DNA of 60,039 nucleotides, from the NCBI GenBank assembly GCA_964354545.1, contig CAYHAE010000007.1:1-60039 (forward strand). Direction: 5' to 3'. The notes below the pieces were generated by a model, which was not told the DNA's origin, did not search any database, and saw nothing but the letters and a program-made list of their open reading frames with translations. The stretch comes from an uncultured Planctomycetia bacterium (lineage in GTDB: Bacteria; Omnitrophota; Gorgyraeia; 2-01-FULL-45-10; JAHFGN01). This document shows positions 19,184-28,838 of this stretch, piece after piece. Positions within the stretch are counted from its first letter, which is position 1, and the number at the start of each line of letters is the position of its first letter. The position numbers were made by a program, and so were the translations under genes.

Positions 19184-19984
19184 ATGAACCGGATAGATGC
19201 GAAGTTCAGGGAGTTGAAGAAGGCGGGGAAGAAGGCGTTCATCGCGTACATCACGGGCGGAGACCCGACCCTTCGCGTGACGGAGGAGCTCGTGTACGCG
19301 TTGGAAGGCGCGGGCGTCGATATCATCGAGCTCGGCATACCTTTTTCCGACCCGCTCGCCGACGGGCCGACGATACAGGCCGCGTCACAGAGGGCGCTCG
19401 TGCACCACGTGAGCGTAGCAGACGTGATAGGCCTCGTGAAGCGCGTGCGCATGAAAACCGAGGTCCCGATCGCATTCATGACGTACTTCAACCCGGTGTT
19501 CGCATACGGCGTAGAAAGATTCGTCCGCGACAGCACGCGTGCAGGCCTCGACGGCGTAATAGTCCCCGACCTCCCTTACGAGGAAGCGGGTGAGTTGATA
19601 CGGCATTCCAGGGCACGGGGCTTTTCGACCATCTTCCTGCTTGCGCCCACGAGCCCTGAAGAGAGGGTGAGGGGCGCTGCCCGGGCCTCGACGGGGTTCA
19701 TATACTACGTCTCGCTCACGGGCGTGACGGGCGCGCGCGCGACGCTTCCCCGGGAGCTGGCCGCTCGGTGTGCGAAGATAAAATCGTTCACCAAGAAACC
19801 CTTGTGCGTCGGTTTCGGCGTGTCCACGCCGGGACAGGGGAGGGCGATTGCGAAAGTCGCGGACGGCGTGATCGTGGGGAGCGCGATCGTAAAAGTGATA
19901 GAATCGAACCTGCGCAAAAGAATTCTACTCACGAAAGTCTCGAATTTCGTACGGACACTCGCGAGGGCGATCCATGGGAAATAG
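19184..19984 (+). CDS. trpA: Tryptophan synthase alpha chain
   Basis: GVDIIELGIPFSDPLADGPTIQ and YYVSLTGVTG motifs. ATG 19184 has AAGGA 5-6 nt upstream. The ORF track starts at GTG 19169. Confidence 0.94.
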   Translation: MNRIDAKFRELKKAGKKAFIAYITGGDPTLRVTEELVYALEGAGVDIIELGIPFSDPLADGPTIQAASQRALVHHVSVADVIGLVKRVRMKTEVPIAFMTYFNPVFAYGVERFVRDSTRAGLDGVIVPDLPYEEAGELIRHSRARGFSTIFLLAPTSPEERVRGAARASTGFIYYVSLTGVTGARATLPRELAARCAKIKSFTKKPLCVGFGVSTPGQGRAIAKVADGVIVGSAIVKVIESNLRKRILLTKVSNFVRTLARAIHGK

Positions 19985-20004
19985 GTCACCACGTCACCGG
20001 GTCA

Positions 20005-20155
20005 TGGTTCGACGAGCTCACCATCCCTCGAATCCTTCGACAGGCTCAGGATTCGATCCCGAGTTATATCGAGGGACGAACCATCCCGAGCCGTTCGACA
20101 GGCTCACGATGCCTCGAATGGTGCCGAGCAGAGTCGAGGCACGAAGTCAAGGGAC
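20005..20155 (+). mobile_element. MITE-like element family Y, 151-bp copy
   Basis: It shares its 5' 86 bp and its 3' end (cgaagtcRagggac) with the 12195-12294 copy and carries one extra ~51-bp subunit. It is bracketed within 2-3 nt by a 10-bp direct repeat, cgtcaccggg (19992-20001 and 20158-20167). Confidence 0.75.
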
Positions 20156-21242
20156 CGCGTCACCGGGACGCGTCTGGGCGGTCATCTTAGCGGGCGGGAA
20201 GGGCAGCCGGTTCTGGCCGCTCTCGCGCCTTGCAAGGCCGAAGCCTTTCATCTCCATCGGCGCACGGGCGAAGACCACGCTCCTTAACCAGACAGTCGCG
20301 AGAGCGATGTCGATAGCAGGGCCGCGCAACACCGTCATCGTTGCGAACGAAAGCCACCACAGCCTCATCAGGGGAGAGTGCAGCCGGTGCATCCCTGCGA
20401 ACGTCCTCAAAGAGCCGGAAGGCAAAAATACGCTTGCCGCAGTGACGCTTGCGGCGATATTCATCGCGCAGAAAGACCCGAATGCCGTAATGGTAGCGAT
20501 GCCTGCGGACCACCTCATACGCGACACGAGAAAGTTCGCACAGACGGTTGCAAAGGCGGTCCGGTGCGCAAGGAGGAAGAGGGGCCTCTGCATCGTGGGT
20601 CTTAAGCCGAGATACCCTGCGACCGGCTTCGGGTACATCAAGAAAGGAGCGGGCAAGGGAGGGGTTTTTGCCGTCGACCGTTTCGTCGAAAAACCGGATG
20701 CGGGGAGGGCGAGAAAGTTTGTAACGAGCGGCGCCTATCTGTGGAACGCCGGCATATTTGCGTGGAGGGTGGAGACCATCTTGGAGTGCGTAAAAAAGTT
20801 CGAGCCCGGTGTCTATAGACGACTCATGAGGATAGGGCATCTGCTCGGCCGCCGAGGAAATTACGACCTCATCAGGAAGGCCTATGCCTCCATGAAGAAC
20901 ATCTCAATCGACTACGCGGTCCTCGAACGGGCGAAAGGCATTGTATGGGCGGTCGAGGGCAATTTCGAGTGGCAGGACATCGGCTCATGGATAAGCCTTC
21001 GGGACATATTCGATGAAGACGTACACGGGAATGTCGTGAGAGGGGACGCGGAACTTTTTAAATCCAAAGACTGCATCGTCTTTGGCAAGCGGGGGCATCT
21101 CGTGGGCCTCTGCGGAGTTTCCGGGATCGTGGTCATAGAAACACCCGATGCGACTCTCGTGTCGCGCAAAGAGAGACTGGAGGACGTGAGGTGGCTTGTT
21201 GAGAAGATCGCCACGCACGCTGACTTCAAGAAGTACCTGTGA
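20109..21242 (+). CDS. manC: Mannose-1-phosphate guanylyltransferase (nucleotidyltransferase type)
   Basis: VILAGGKGSRFWPLSR near the N-terminus. The only in-frame start codons upstream of this motif (ATG 20109, ATG 20118, GTG 20121) lie inside element Y2. The ORF-track start at 19974 is repeat read-through. Confidence 0.85.
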   Translation: MPRMVPSRVEARSQGTASPGRVWAVILAGGKGSRFWPLSRLARPKPFISIGARAKTTLLNQTVARAMSIAGPRNTVIVANESHHSLIRGECSRCIPANVLKEPEGKNTLAAVTLAAIFIAQKDPNAVMVAMPADHLIRDTRKFAQTVAKAVRCARRKRGLCIVGLKPRYPATGFGYIKKGAGKGGVFAVDRFVEKPDAGRARKFVTSGAYLWNAGIFAWRVETILECVKKFEPGVYRRLMRIGHLLGRRGNYDLIRKAYASMKNISIDYAVLERAKGIVWAVEGNFEWQDIGSWISLRDIFDEDVHGNVVRGDAELFKSKDCIVFGKRGHLVGLCGVSGIVVIETPDATLVSRKERLEDVRWLVEKIATHADFKKYL

Positions 21243-21262
21243 GAGACGGTAGAGGGTGAGCG

Positions 21263-21700
21263 ATGCGCATTATGGGACTTGATGTGGGGACAAAGCGGAT
21301 AGGCGTCGCGATGAGCGACGAACTTCTCATCACTGCCCAGGGGATGGAATCTATTATGTGCGGCGGAGCGGAAAAGGATATCACGACGATAGCGGAACTC
21401 GCCGGACAGTATCATGTAGAAGAGATAGTCGTGGGGCTGCCGCTCAACATGGACGGCACTGAGAGCGCGTGCACGAGAGGGGTCGTCGCATTCATCGAGA
21501 GGCTCTCGCACGCCGTCACGATGCCGGTAAAGGCATGGGATGAGCGCCTCACGAGCGTGCAGGCCGAGAAGGTCCTCCTGGAGGCGGACATGTCGAGGAA
21601 GAAGAGGAAGAGGCTCTCGGACAAGCTGGCCGCGCAATTGATCCTACAGGGCTACCTGGATTCGGGACACGTGAGACACACGCATGATCAAGAGATATAA
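21263..21700 (+). CDS. ruvX: Pre-16S rRNA nuclease / putative Holliday junction resolvase YqgF
   Basis: MRIMGLDVGTKRIGVAMSD N-terminus, 145 aa. Confidence 0.9.
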   Translation: MRIMGLDVGTKRIGVAMSDELLITAQGMESIMCGGAEKDITTIAELAGQYHVEEIVVGLPLNMDGTESACTRGVVAFIERLSHAVTMPVKAWDERLTSVQAEKVLLEADMSRKKRKRLSDKLAAQLILQGYLDSGHVRHTHDQEI

Positions 21701-22946
21701 TCTGGATAACGGTCTTAAAGTAGTATGCCTGGAGATGCCGCATATGGAATCCGTATCCGTCGGGGTGTGGATCAAGGCGGGGACAAGGGACGAAGAGAAG
21801 CGCACCAACGGCATCAGCCATCTCGTGGAGCACCTCCTCTTTAAAGGGACGGAGAAGAGGGACGCGCGCTCCATAAAAGAGGAGATAGAAGGCAAGGGCG
21901 GGTCCTTCAACGGTTTTACCACGGAAGAATGCACCTGTTACCTTGTGAAAGTGCTCGCGAAAGACGTCGCGCTCGGCGTAGACGTCCTGAGCGACATGGT
22001 CCTGCGGCCGCTCTTCAAGGAAAGCGACATCGAAAAGGAGAAGCGGGTCATCGTTGAAGAGATCAATATGTATAAAGACATGCCCACCCATTACATCCAT
22101 GAACTCCTCACCGAGATCCTGTGGCCGGACCAGCCTCTCGGTTTTCCGCTCGCGGGGACAGCCGAGTCCGTGCTCTCTCTCACGAGGCGGATGCTCCTGC
22201 ATTATAAGGACATATACTACAATCCCGCGAACGTCGTCGTTGCCGCGGTCGGGAACGTGAAGGAAGCCAACGTCGTGCGGCTCGCGCGGAAGCATTTCGC
22301 CGGGGTCAAGGGGGTCATAGCTCCCCCGTCGCTCCGGGCGTCAAAGGCCCAGAAGAAGCCGGGGATCATCATCGAATACAAAAAGACGGAACAGACCCAT
22401 ATTGCGATAGGGATACATGCGTCCCACAGGCTCCACCCTGACAGGTATGCCGCAAGCCTCCTCAACGTGATCCTCGGGGCAAATATGTCCTCCCGGCTCT
22501 TTCAGGAGGTAAGAGACAGGCTCGCGCTGTGTTATGAGATAGGATCGAGCATACGCAGGTACATGGACGCGGGCGCGTTCGTGATAAGCGCCGGGGTGGA
22601 CTATGCCAAGATCGTGAAGGCGCTCAGCGTCATATTCAGGGAGATAGATAAAGTGAATAGGCGCCTGGTGGGGGATGACGAACTCATGAGGGCGAAAGAG
22701 TACTATAAGGGGCAGCTCCTCCTCACGCTCGAAGACACCATGTCCTCGATGCTGTGGTTCGGCGAGAAAGTGGTCACCGGGGAGGCGGATTTCAACATCA
22801 AGAGGATAGTCTCCGCGGTCGACTCCGTGAGCTCACACGACGTCAGGCGGGTCGCGCGGGATATCTTCAAGGACAACAACCTCAACCTGGCGGTCATCGG
22901 GCCCGTACGGGATAAGAAGCGTATCGAGAAAACGCTGCACATATGA
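21684..22946 (+). CDS. M16 family (insulinase-like) zinc peptidase
   Basis: Inverted zinc motif HLVEHLLFKG (HxxEH). 420 aa. Confidence 0.88.
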   Translation: MIKRYNLDNGLKVVCLEMPHMESVSVGVWIKAGTRDEEKRTNGISHLVEHLLFKGTEKRDARSIKEEIEGKGGSFNGFTTEECTCYLVKVLAKDVALGVDVLSDMVLRPLFKESDIEKEKRVIVEEINMYKDMPTHYIHELLTEILWPDQPLGFPLAGTAESVLSLTRRMLLHYKDIYYNPANVVVAAVGNVKEANVVRLARKHFAGVKGVIAPPSLRASKAQKKPGIIIEYKKTEQTHIAIGIHASHRLHPDRYAASLLNVILGANMSSRLFQEVRDRLALCYEIGSSIRRYMDAGAFVISAGVDYAKIVKALSVIFREIDKVNRRLVGDDELMRAKEYYKGQLLLTLEDTMSSMLWFGEKVVTGEADFNIKRIVSAVDSVSSHDVRRVARDIFKDNNLNLAVIGPVRDKKRIEKTLHI

Positions 22947-24055
22947 TGAGAGGCTCTATAAGGCTTTTTCGCATATTCGGGATTTCGATCAATATACATG
23001 TCACTTTTTTCCTGCTCCTCCTCATCTTCCTCGCCGCAGGACTGAAGTCGCTCGTTCTCATCATGGGCATCTTCTTCATAGTGACGATGCACGAGCTCTG
23101 CCATGCGCTTGTCGCGCGGCATTTCGGGATCGAGGCGCGGGAGATAACGCTCCTTCCCATCGGAGGCCTCGCCTCAATGGCGAAGCTTCCTGAAAAGCCG
23201 AGCCATGAATTTTTCATATCATTGGCAGGCCCTCTCTTCAACCTCGTCATGATCGCCCTCTTCTTCTTTCCGATGCGCCTCCTTGTGGGCGACGAGTCCC
23301 TCTTCCATTCGTTCTCGGTCGCGAGCTGGCCGCTCACCTTTGCGCAGATCTACTGGACCAACCTCGCGCTCGCTCTCTTCAATCTCATCCCGGCGTTCCC
23401 CATGGACGGAGGGCGGATCATGAGGGCGCTCCTTGCGAGGGGGATGGGTCACCAGAAGGCGACGAGGATCGCCGTCAATTTCGGACACGTGTTCGCCATT
23501 ATCTTCGGATCTATAGGTATCGTTCAGATGAACCTGCTGCTCATCGCGATAGCGTTATTCATATATATTGCGGCATCGAGCGAGGAGCTCCAGGAAGGCA
23601 TGAGGGAGACCTTGAAAAAAATAAGGATTCGTGATATACTAACGCGCGAATTTTTGACCCTCAGGCCCGACCTGACTCTCGCGGATGTCCTTGCGATCGT
23701 CTTCCGCAGCCATCAGGAGGACTTCCCCGTCATCGATGGGACGAAGGCCGTCGGATTTGTCACGCGTCAGGATATCATCGTGAATGTCCACCGGTTCGGG
23801 AGCGGGGCCCGTGTCGCCGACATCATGAGGAGGGAGTTCCCGCGCCTGAACGAACAGGACACGTTAATAAAGGCCCACGCCCTCATGCAGGAGAAAGGGT
23901 TCAGGGCGCTCCCCGTGTTCAGGGGAGACGCGGCCGTGGGGGTGGTGACGCTCGAGGACATCGGCAAGGTCTATGCCCTCACGTCATCGGTCAATGGGCA
24001 CTACGAGGAGGAGAATGGCGCGTCCGCTCATCGCACCAAGCATATTGTCCGCTGA
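22943..24055 (+). CDS. Site-2 protease family (M50) metalloprotease with a C-terminal CBS pair
   Basis: HELCHALVARHFG (HExxH), a multi-pass membrane N-terminal half with PAFPMDGG, and CBS-like repeats in the C-terminal third. Confidence 0.85.
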   Translation: MMRGSIRLFRIFGISINIHVTFFLLLLIFLAAGLKSLVLIMGIFFIVTMHELCHALVARHFGIEAREITLLPIGGLASMAKLPEKPSHEFFISLAGPLFNLVMIALFFFPMRLLVGDESLFHSFSVASWPLTFAQIYWTNLALALFNLIPAFPMDGGRIMRALLARGMGHQKATRIAVNFGHVFAIIFGSIGIVQMNLLLIAIALFIYIAASSEELQEGMRETLKKIRIRDILTREFLTLRPDLTLADVLAIVFRSHQEDFPVIDGTKAVGFVTRQDIIVNVHRFGSGARVADIMRREFPRLNEQDTLIKAHALMQEKGFRALPVFRGDAAVGVVTLEDIGKVYALTSSVNGHYEEENGASAHRTKHIVR

Positions 24056-24668
24056 TTTCTCGAAACTGGGCAAAGAGGTCCGCGCGATCGAGGCGGCGGG
24101 CGCCGACTGGATCCACGTGGACGTCATGGACGGGCACTTCGTGCCCAACATTACCATGGGGCCTCTCGTCGTAAAGTCGGTCCGTTCGATCACCGACTTG
24201 GTGCTCGATGTCCACCTCATGATATCAGAGCCGGAACGGTATATCGGACATTTTGCGGACGCGGGCAGCGACATGATCACGTTCCACGCGGAGGCATGTG
24301 GAAATCCGAAGTCCCTCATCTCGATGATACGGAGGGCCGGGAAAAAGGTGGGCGTTTCCGTGAAGCCGAAGACGCCGCTCGCGCTCATCGACGATATCGT
24401 GGACGCGGTAGACCTCGTGTTGGTGATGACGGTGGAGCCCGGTTTCGGCGGGCAGAGTTTCATGGCGGAAGTCCTGCCCAAAATAAGAAAGCTCAGGACT
24501 TATTTTACGAAGTACATAGAGGTTGACGGCGGGATCAGCGTCAAGAACGCACGGGATGTCGTCGCGTCCGGCGCGAACGTCCTCGTTGCCGGCACGGCGG
24601 TCTTCGGCTCGCGGGATTATAAGAGAACGATCGAGAAGTTGAGAGGCATACGCGCGAGAACAAAATAG
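24015..24668 (+). CDS. rpe: Ribulose-phosphate 3-epimerase
   Basis: IAPSILSADFSKLG and HVDVMDGHFVPN motifs. Start set at MARPL; 41-nt overlap with the upstream gene. Confidence 0.94.
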   Translation: MARPLIAPSILSADFSKLGKEVRAIEAAGADWIHVDVMDGHFVPNITMGPLVVKSVRSITDLVLDVHLMISEPERYIGHFADAGSDMITFHAEACGNPKSLISMIRRAGKKVGVSVKPKTPLALIDDIVDAVDLVLVMTVEPGFGGQSFMAEVLPKIRKLRTYFTKYIEVDGGISVKNARDVVASGANVLVAGTAVFGSRDYKRTIEKLRGIRARTK

Positions 24669-24682
24669 GAGAGAGGTCATCA

Positions 24683-26104
24683 ATGGCGGAGATCAAATTC
24701 GGAACAGACGGGTGGAGGGCGGTGATAGCCGATGACTTCACGTTCGAGAACGTGAAGGTTGTCGCCCAGGCGATCGCAGACTATATCAACGGCGAGCAGG
24801 ACGAGATACACCGGAGGAGGGCGGTCGCGGTAGGATACGATACGAGGTTCCTCTCCGACGAGTATGCGGAGGCGATCTCCCGTGTCTTGGCGGCGAACGG
24901 GATCAAGGTCGCTTTGACCGACAGGCCGAGCCCCACGCCGTCGGTGAGCTACACAATAAAGGATAGGGGCCTGACCGGAGGGGTCATGGTCACGGCAAGC
25001 CACAACCCGCCCCGCTATAACGGCATTAAATACAAGGCGTACTTCGGAGGGTCGGCAGGTCCGGACATCATAAACAAGATAGAAGCCCGGCTCTTTAAAA
25101 ACCCCGTGAAAGAGATGGCGTTCGAGAAGGCGAAGGAGAACAGGCTCATAGAGGTAGAGGATCTCGTCCCGCGCCATCTCGCGTTCGCGAAGAAGTACGT
25201 GGACCTCAAGTTGCTCAAGAAGGCCGGATTGAAGGTGCTCGCAGACGCCATGTACGGGACCGGCAACGCTTATTTCGCGGAGCTCCTCTCTGGAGGGAAG
25301 ACCACGGTAACGACCATGCACAATGAGAAGAACCCCTATTTTGGCGGAATAAATCCGGAACCTAATCCGGCGAACCTGAAAGAGCTTGCCCTCGCGACAA
25401 AAAAGGGCAAATTCAACATCGGCCTTGCCACCGACGGCGATGCGGACAGGCTCGGCGTGGCGAGTTCGGACGGAACGCTCCTGACGGGCCATAAGGTGAT
25501 GACGGTTCTGCTCCTCCACCTCCTGGAGGACAAGGGCCTAAGGGGCGACGTCGTCCAGACGGTATGCGGGACCTTCCTGATCAATAAGATCTGTAAAAAA
25601 TATAACCTCACGATGCACGAGACTCCGGTCGGATTCAAGTACATCTGCGACTTGATGCTCAAAGAGGACGTCCTCATCGGAGGGGAGGAGACGGGGGGCA
25701 TCAGCTTCAAGGGCTACATTCCGGAGAGGGACGGCGTCCTCTCGGGGCTCCTCATTCTCGAGATGATGGCGATGAGGAAGAAACCGCTCCCGCAGCTCTT
25801 GAAGGCGATCGACAGGGAATACGGGACCTATGAGTACCGCCGGATGGACGTGAAATACCCTGACGAGAAGAAGGGGCCGCTCATGAAGTTCTTGAAATCG
25901 AAACCTCTCCCGGAGATCCTGGGCAAGAAGGTAGTGGAAGTGAAGGACTACGACGGATTCAAGTTTATATGCAGCGATGAGTCATGGCTTATCTTGAGGT
26001 TATCCGGCACGGAGCCGATATTGAGGATTTACGCGGAGGCCTCGAGCGGGAAGAAGGCGCTTGCGGTATTGGAGTTCGGCAGGAAGCTGGCGTACGGTAT
26101 TTAG
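24683..26104 (+). CDS. Alpha-D-phosphohexomutase (phosphoglucomutase/phosphomannomutase family)
   Basis: Active-site loop TASHNPPRYNGIK, metal loop ATDGDADR and GEETGG. Confidence 0.92.
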   Translation: MAEIKFGTDGWRAVIADDFTFENVKVVAQAIADYINGEQDEIHRRRAVAVGYDTRFLSDEYAEAISRVLAANGIKVALTDRPSPTPSVSYTIKDRGLTGGVMVTASHNPPRYNGIKYKAYFGGSAGPDIINKIEARLFKNPVKEMAFEKAKENRLIEVEDLVPRHLAFAKKYVDLKLLKKAGLKVLADAMYGTGNAYFAELLSGGKTTVTTMHNEKNPYFGGINPEPNPANLKELALATKKGKFNIGLATDGDADRLGVASSDGTLLTGHKVMTVLLLHLLEDKGLRGDVVQTVCGTFLINKICKKYNLTMHETPVGFKYICDLMLKEDVLIGGEETGGISFKGYIPERDGVLSGLLILEMMAMRKKPLPQLLKAIDREYGTYEYRRMDVKYPDEKKGPLMKFLKSKPLPEILGKKVVEVKDYDGFKFICSDESWLILRLSGTEPILRIYAEASSGKKALAVLEFGRKLAYGI

Positions 26105-26157
26105 GGTATTCCGCCAAAGGCGGATCCGCCTCCGGCGGAAGGGTTTAGGGTTTAGCG
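26100..26157. repeat. Dispersed repeat family W, copy 2
   Basis: tttagggtattccgccaaaggcggatccgcctccggcggaagggtttagggtttag aligns to 868-930. Confidence 0.85.
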
Positions 26158-26193
26158 GTACGGGCATAACGTATAAAGATCCCGCCCTTCCTT

Positions 26194-26279
26194 TTTAATC
26201 CCCTTCGCAAAATCCCCGGCTTTCAAGCCGGGGATGGAAAGTTGCGGAATAGAATTTTGCGTTGGGGAGGGGGCTCCAC
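26194..26279 (+). repeat. Repeat family X, copy 2 (intact), just upstream of lepA
   Basis: Contains a perfect 10-bp-stem hairpin, atccccggct-ttca-agccggggat (26212-26235), followed by ttgcggaat..attttgc..ggggaggg. Aligns to 46137-46245 and to the split copy at 12165-12377. Confidence 0.85.
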
Positions 26280-26293
26280 GATCCCGAGGATAC

Positions 26294-28087
26294 ATGGATA
26301 AATCATTCATAAGAAATTTTTCCATCATTGCCCACATCGACCATGGAAAGTCCACGCTCGCTGACAGGATCCTCGAGTTCACCAATACCGTTCCGGTACG
26401 AGAACGCCAGGACCAGGTCCTCGACGACATGGACCTCGAGAGGGAGCGCGGGATCACCATCAAGGCGTCAGCGGTGAGGATATCTTATGTGTCGAAGAAA
26501 GGTACGGAGTATGAGCTTAATTTGATCGATACTCCGGGCCATGTCGACTTCACCTATGAGGTGTCGAAGTCCATCGCTGCATGCGAAGGCGCCATTTTGG
26601 TGGTCGATGCCGCCCAGGGTGTCGAGGCACAGACGGTTGCCAATCTGTACCTTGCCATGGAACACAACCTTGTCATCATCCCTGTCATCAATAAGATAGA
26701 CCTCGCACATGCGCAAGTCGAGAGGACTAAAAAGCAGATATCCGATATCCTGGGTATTCGCTCCGAAGACATCCTCCTGGCAAGCGCCAAGATGGGCACG
26801 GGAATAGACGAGATCTTAGAGGCTGTGGTGGAGAGGATCCCTCCGCCGCAAGGGGACGCGTCAAATGCCCTTCAAGCGCTCGTCTTTGATTCGAAGTTCG
26901 ATACCTACAAGGGTGTCGTGATCTACGTAAGGCTCATGAACGGCACGATCGGCAAGAACATGAAGGTCATAATGATGTCCACCAAGATGGTGCACGAGGT
27001 GCAGGAGGTCGGCGTGTTCAGGCCTAAACCGGAGGCGATAGGCCAGCTCTCATGCGGGGAGGTAGGGTATATCACGTGCACTATACGGGACCCCAGGGAC
27101 GTCTCGCTCGGGGAGACGATCACCGATGCGACTAACCCCACGGCCACACCGCTGCCCGGTTACAAGAAGATCCAGCCGATGGTATACAGCGGCATCTACC
27201 CCGTGAACTCAAAGGATTTCCCGGCCCTCAAAGATGCGATAGAGAAATTGAGGCTCTCAGATGCGTCGTTCGTCTACGAGCCGGAGAGCTCCGCCTCCTT
27301 AGGGCTCGGCTTCAGGTGCGGCTTTCTGGGCCTGCTTCACCTGGAGATAGTCCAGGAGAGGCTTGAAAGGGAGTACGACCTGAATCTCGTGGTCACCACG
27401 CCGAGCGTCGTCTACATGATATACATGAAGACGGGAGAAGCGAGGGAAGTCGACAATCCGTTGAAGATGCCTCAGCCCACAGAGATAGAACGGATGGAAG
27501 AGCCGTATGTGCGGGCATATATCATTACTCCCAAAGAGAGCATAGGCTCGATGCTGGAACTCGCCGAATCCCGCAGGGGTTCGTATAAGAGCACCGAATA
27601 TCTGGGCGAAGATCGTGCGCAGATAGTGTACGACCTCCCGCTCTCGGAGATTTTGGTGGATTTCTACGATAAGATAAAGTCCATCACACGCGGTTACGGA
27701 TCGCTTGACTATGAGCTCGTCGACTACCGGCCGACGAGCGTGGTGAGGCTGGACATCCTGATCAACGGGGAGAGGTTCGATGCCCTCTCGTCGCTCGTAT
27801 TTAAGGATAAGGCGTACGCGAAAGGCAAGGCGATCGTGGAAAAATTAAAGGAGACCATTCCGAGGCACCTCTTCCAGATCGCCCTGCAGGCGGCGATCGG
27901 GGGTCAGGTCATCGCACGCGAAACGATAAAGTCCGTGGGTAAGAACGTGACCGCGAAATGCTATGGCGGGGATATCACGAGGAAAAGGAAGCTGTGGGAG
28001 AAGCAGAAAACGGGGAAGAAAAAGATGAAGCAGTTCGGTTCGATAGAGATTCCGCAGGAGGCCTTCTTCGCGGCACTCAGGTCGTGA
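26294..28087 (+). CDS. lepA: Translation elongation factor 4 (LepA)
   Basis: [19 protein letters not shown]1 motif, [12 protein letters not shown], and the LepA-specific C-terminus. Start set at MDKSF (GAGGA upstream); the ORF-track N-terminus is repeat X2. Confidence 0.97.
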   Translation: MDKSFIRNFSIIAHIDHGKSTLADRILEFTNTVPVRERQDQVLDDMDLERERGITIKASAVRISYVSKKGTEYELNLIDTPGHVDFTYEVSKSIAACEGAILVVDAAQGVEAQTVANLYLAMEHNLVIIPVINKIDLAHAQVERTKKQISDILGIRSEDILLASAKMGTGIDEILEAVVERIPPPQGDASNALQALVFDSKFDTYKGVVIYVRLMNGTIGKNMKVIMMSTKMVHEVQEVGVFRPKPEAIGQLSCGEVGYITCTIRDPRDVSLGETITDATNPTATPLPGYKKIQPMVYSGIYPVNSKDFPALKDAIEKLRLSDASFVYEPESSASLGLGFRCGFLGLLHLEIVQERLEREYDLNLVVTTPSVVYMIYMKTGEAREVDNPLKMPQPTEIERMEEPYVRAYIITPKESIGSMLELAESRRGSYKSTEYLGEDRAQIVYDLPLSEILVDFYDKIKSITRGYGSLDYELVDYRPTSVVRLDILINGERFDALSSLVFKDKAYAKGKAIVEKLKETIPRHLFQIALQAAIGGQVIARETIKSVGKNVTAKCYGGDITRKRKLWEKQKTGKKKMKQFGSIEIPQEAFFAALRS

Positions 28088-28130
28088 GCGCTCTTCCGCG
28101 CGGGCACTCAAGAAAGGTACACGAGAAAAA

Positions 28131-28715
28131 ATGAACGAGCGAATCAAGGGAGAAGTGAGGGAATGGGTCGAGTCGATCGTCGTGGCGGTGGTGCTGGCGC
28201 TTCTGATTCGCACCTTTGTGGTGCAGGCGTTCAAGATACCGTCCGGATCAATGATACCGACGTTCCTCGTGGGCGACAGGATCTTCGTGAACAAATACAT
28301 CTACGGCGCACAGATCCCTTTCACGGACCTGCGGCTGCCCGCCGTCCGCGCGCCCGTGAGGGGAGATATCATCGTCTTCAAGTCTCCCGAGGACCCCAAG
28401 AAGGATTTCGTAAAACGCCTGATTGCCCTGGAAGGGGAGACAGTCGAGATCAGGGATGGCGCGATCTTTATCGACGGAAAGAAGGTCGACTCACCGCAAT
28501 CGATAAGGTCCGCGTATTATTACAACAGAGGCGACTACGGTAAAGAGGGCCTCGGAGTGAAGATCCCCGAAGGCTCCTACTATGTCCTGGGCGATAACAG
28601 CGCGAGCTCCCGCGATTCGAGATACTGGGGGTTTGTGCCGAAGAAGGGCCTCATTGGGAAGGCGCTCGTCATCTATTGGCCGCTCACCAGGATCAGGGTC
28701 CTGAGAGGCTCTTGA
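28131..28715 (+). CDS. lepB: Signal peptidase I
   Basis: SGSMIPT (catalytic Ser), KRLIALEGE (Lys) and GDNSASSRDSRYWG motifs. Confidence 0.93.
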   Translation: MNERIKGEVREWVESIVVAVVLALLIRTFVVQAFKIPSGSMIPTFLVGDRIFVNKYIYGAQIPFTDLRLPAVRAPVRGDIIVFKSPEDPKKDFVKRLIALEGETVEIRDGAIFIDGKKVDSPQSIRSAYYYNRGDYGKEGLGVKIPEGSYYVLGDNSASSRDSRYWGFVPKKGLIGKALVIYWPLTRIRVLRGS

Positions 28716-28785
28716 CCCATTCGCTTCGCTCAAGGGCACCACCCCCGCACACCCTTGTTTTTGAGGCCGGGGTAGATCAAAGGGA

Positions 28786-28813
28786 TTGACATACGCGTTC
28801 GCTGTGGTATAGT
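28786..28813 (+). promoter_or_regulatory. Sigma-70 promoter (TTGACA - 16 nt - TGgTATAGT) upstream of pgsA
   Basis: -35 at 28786-28791 and -10 at 28808-28813 with an extended TG. Confidence 0.6.
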
Positions 28814-28838
28814 GACATGAAAACAAAGGATACGGTCG

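Noticed and set aside
19974-20108. N-terminal extensions offered by the ORF track for manC (19974), lepA (26234), trpB (17562), murE (53451), murD (57436), ftsW (58806), rpe (23973) and thpR (to 914).
   Set aside because: The extra codons are encoded by repeat elements or overlap the preceding gene. Internal starts reproduce the canonical protein N-termini, often with ATGA/GTGA coupling or a clear RBS.
28720-28731. A fragment of the hisH 47-bp repeat just after lepB (ttcgcttcgctc, reverse complement of gagcgaagcgaa).
   Set aside because: Only a 12-nt match, which is too short to separate from chance in GC-rich DNA.
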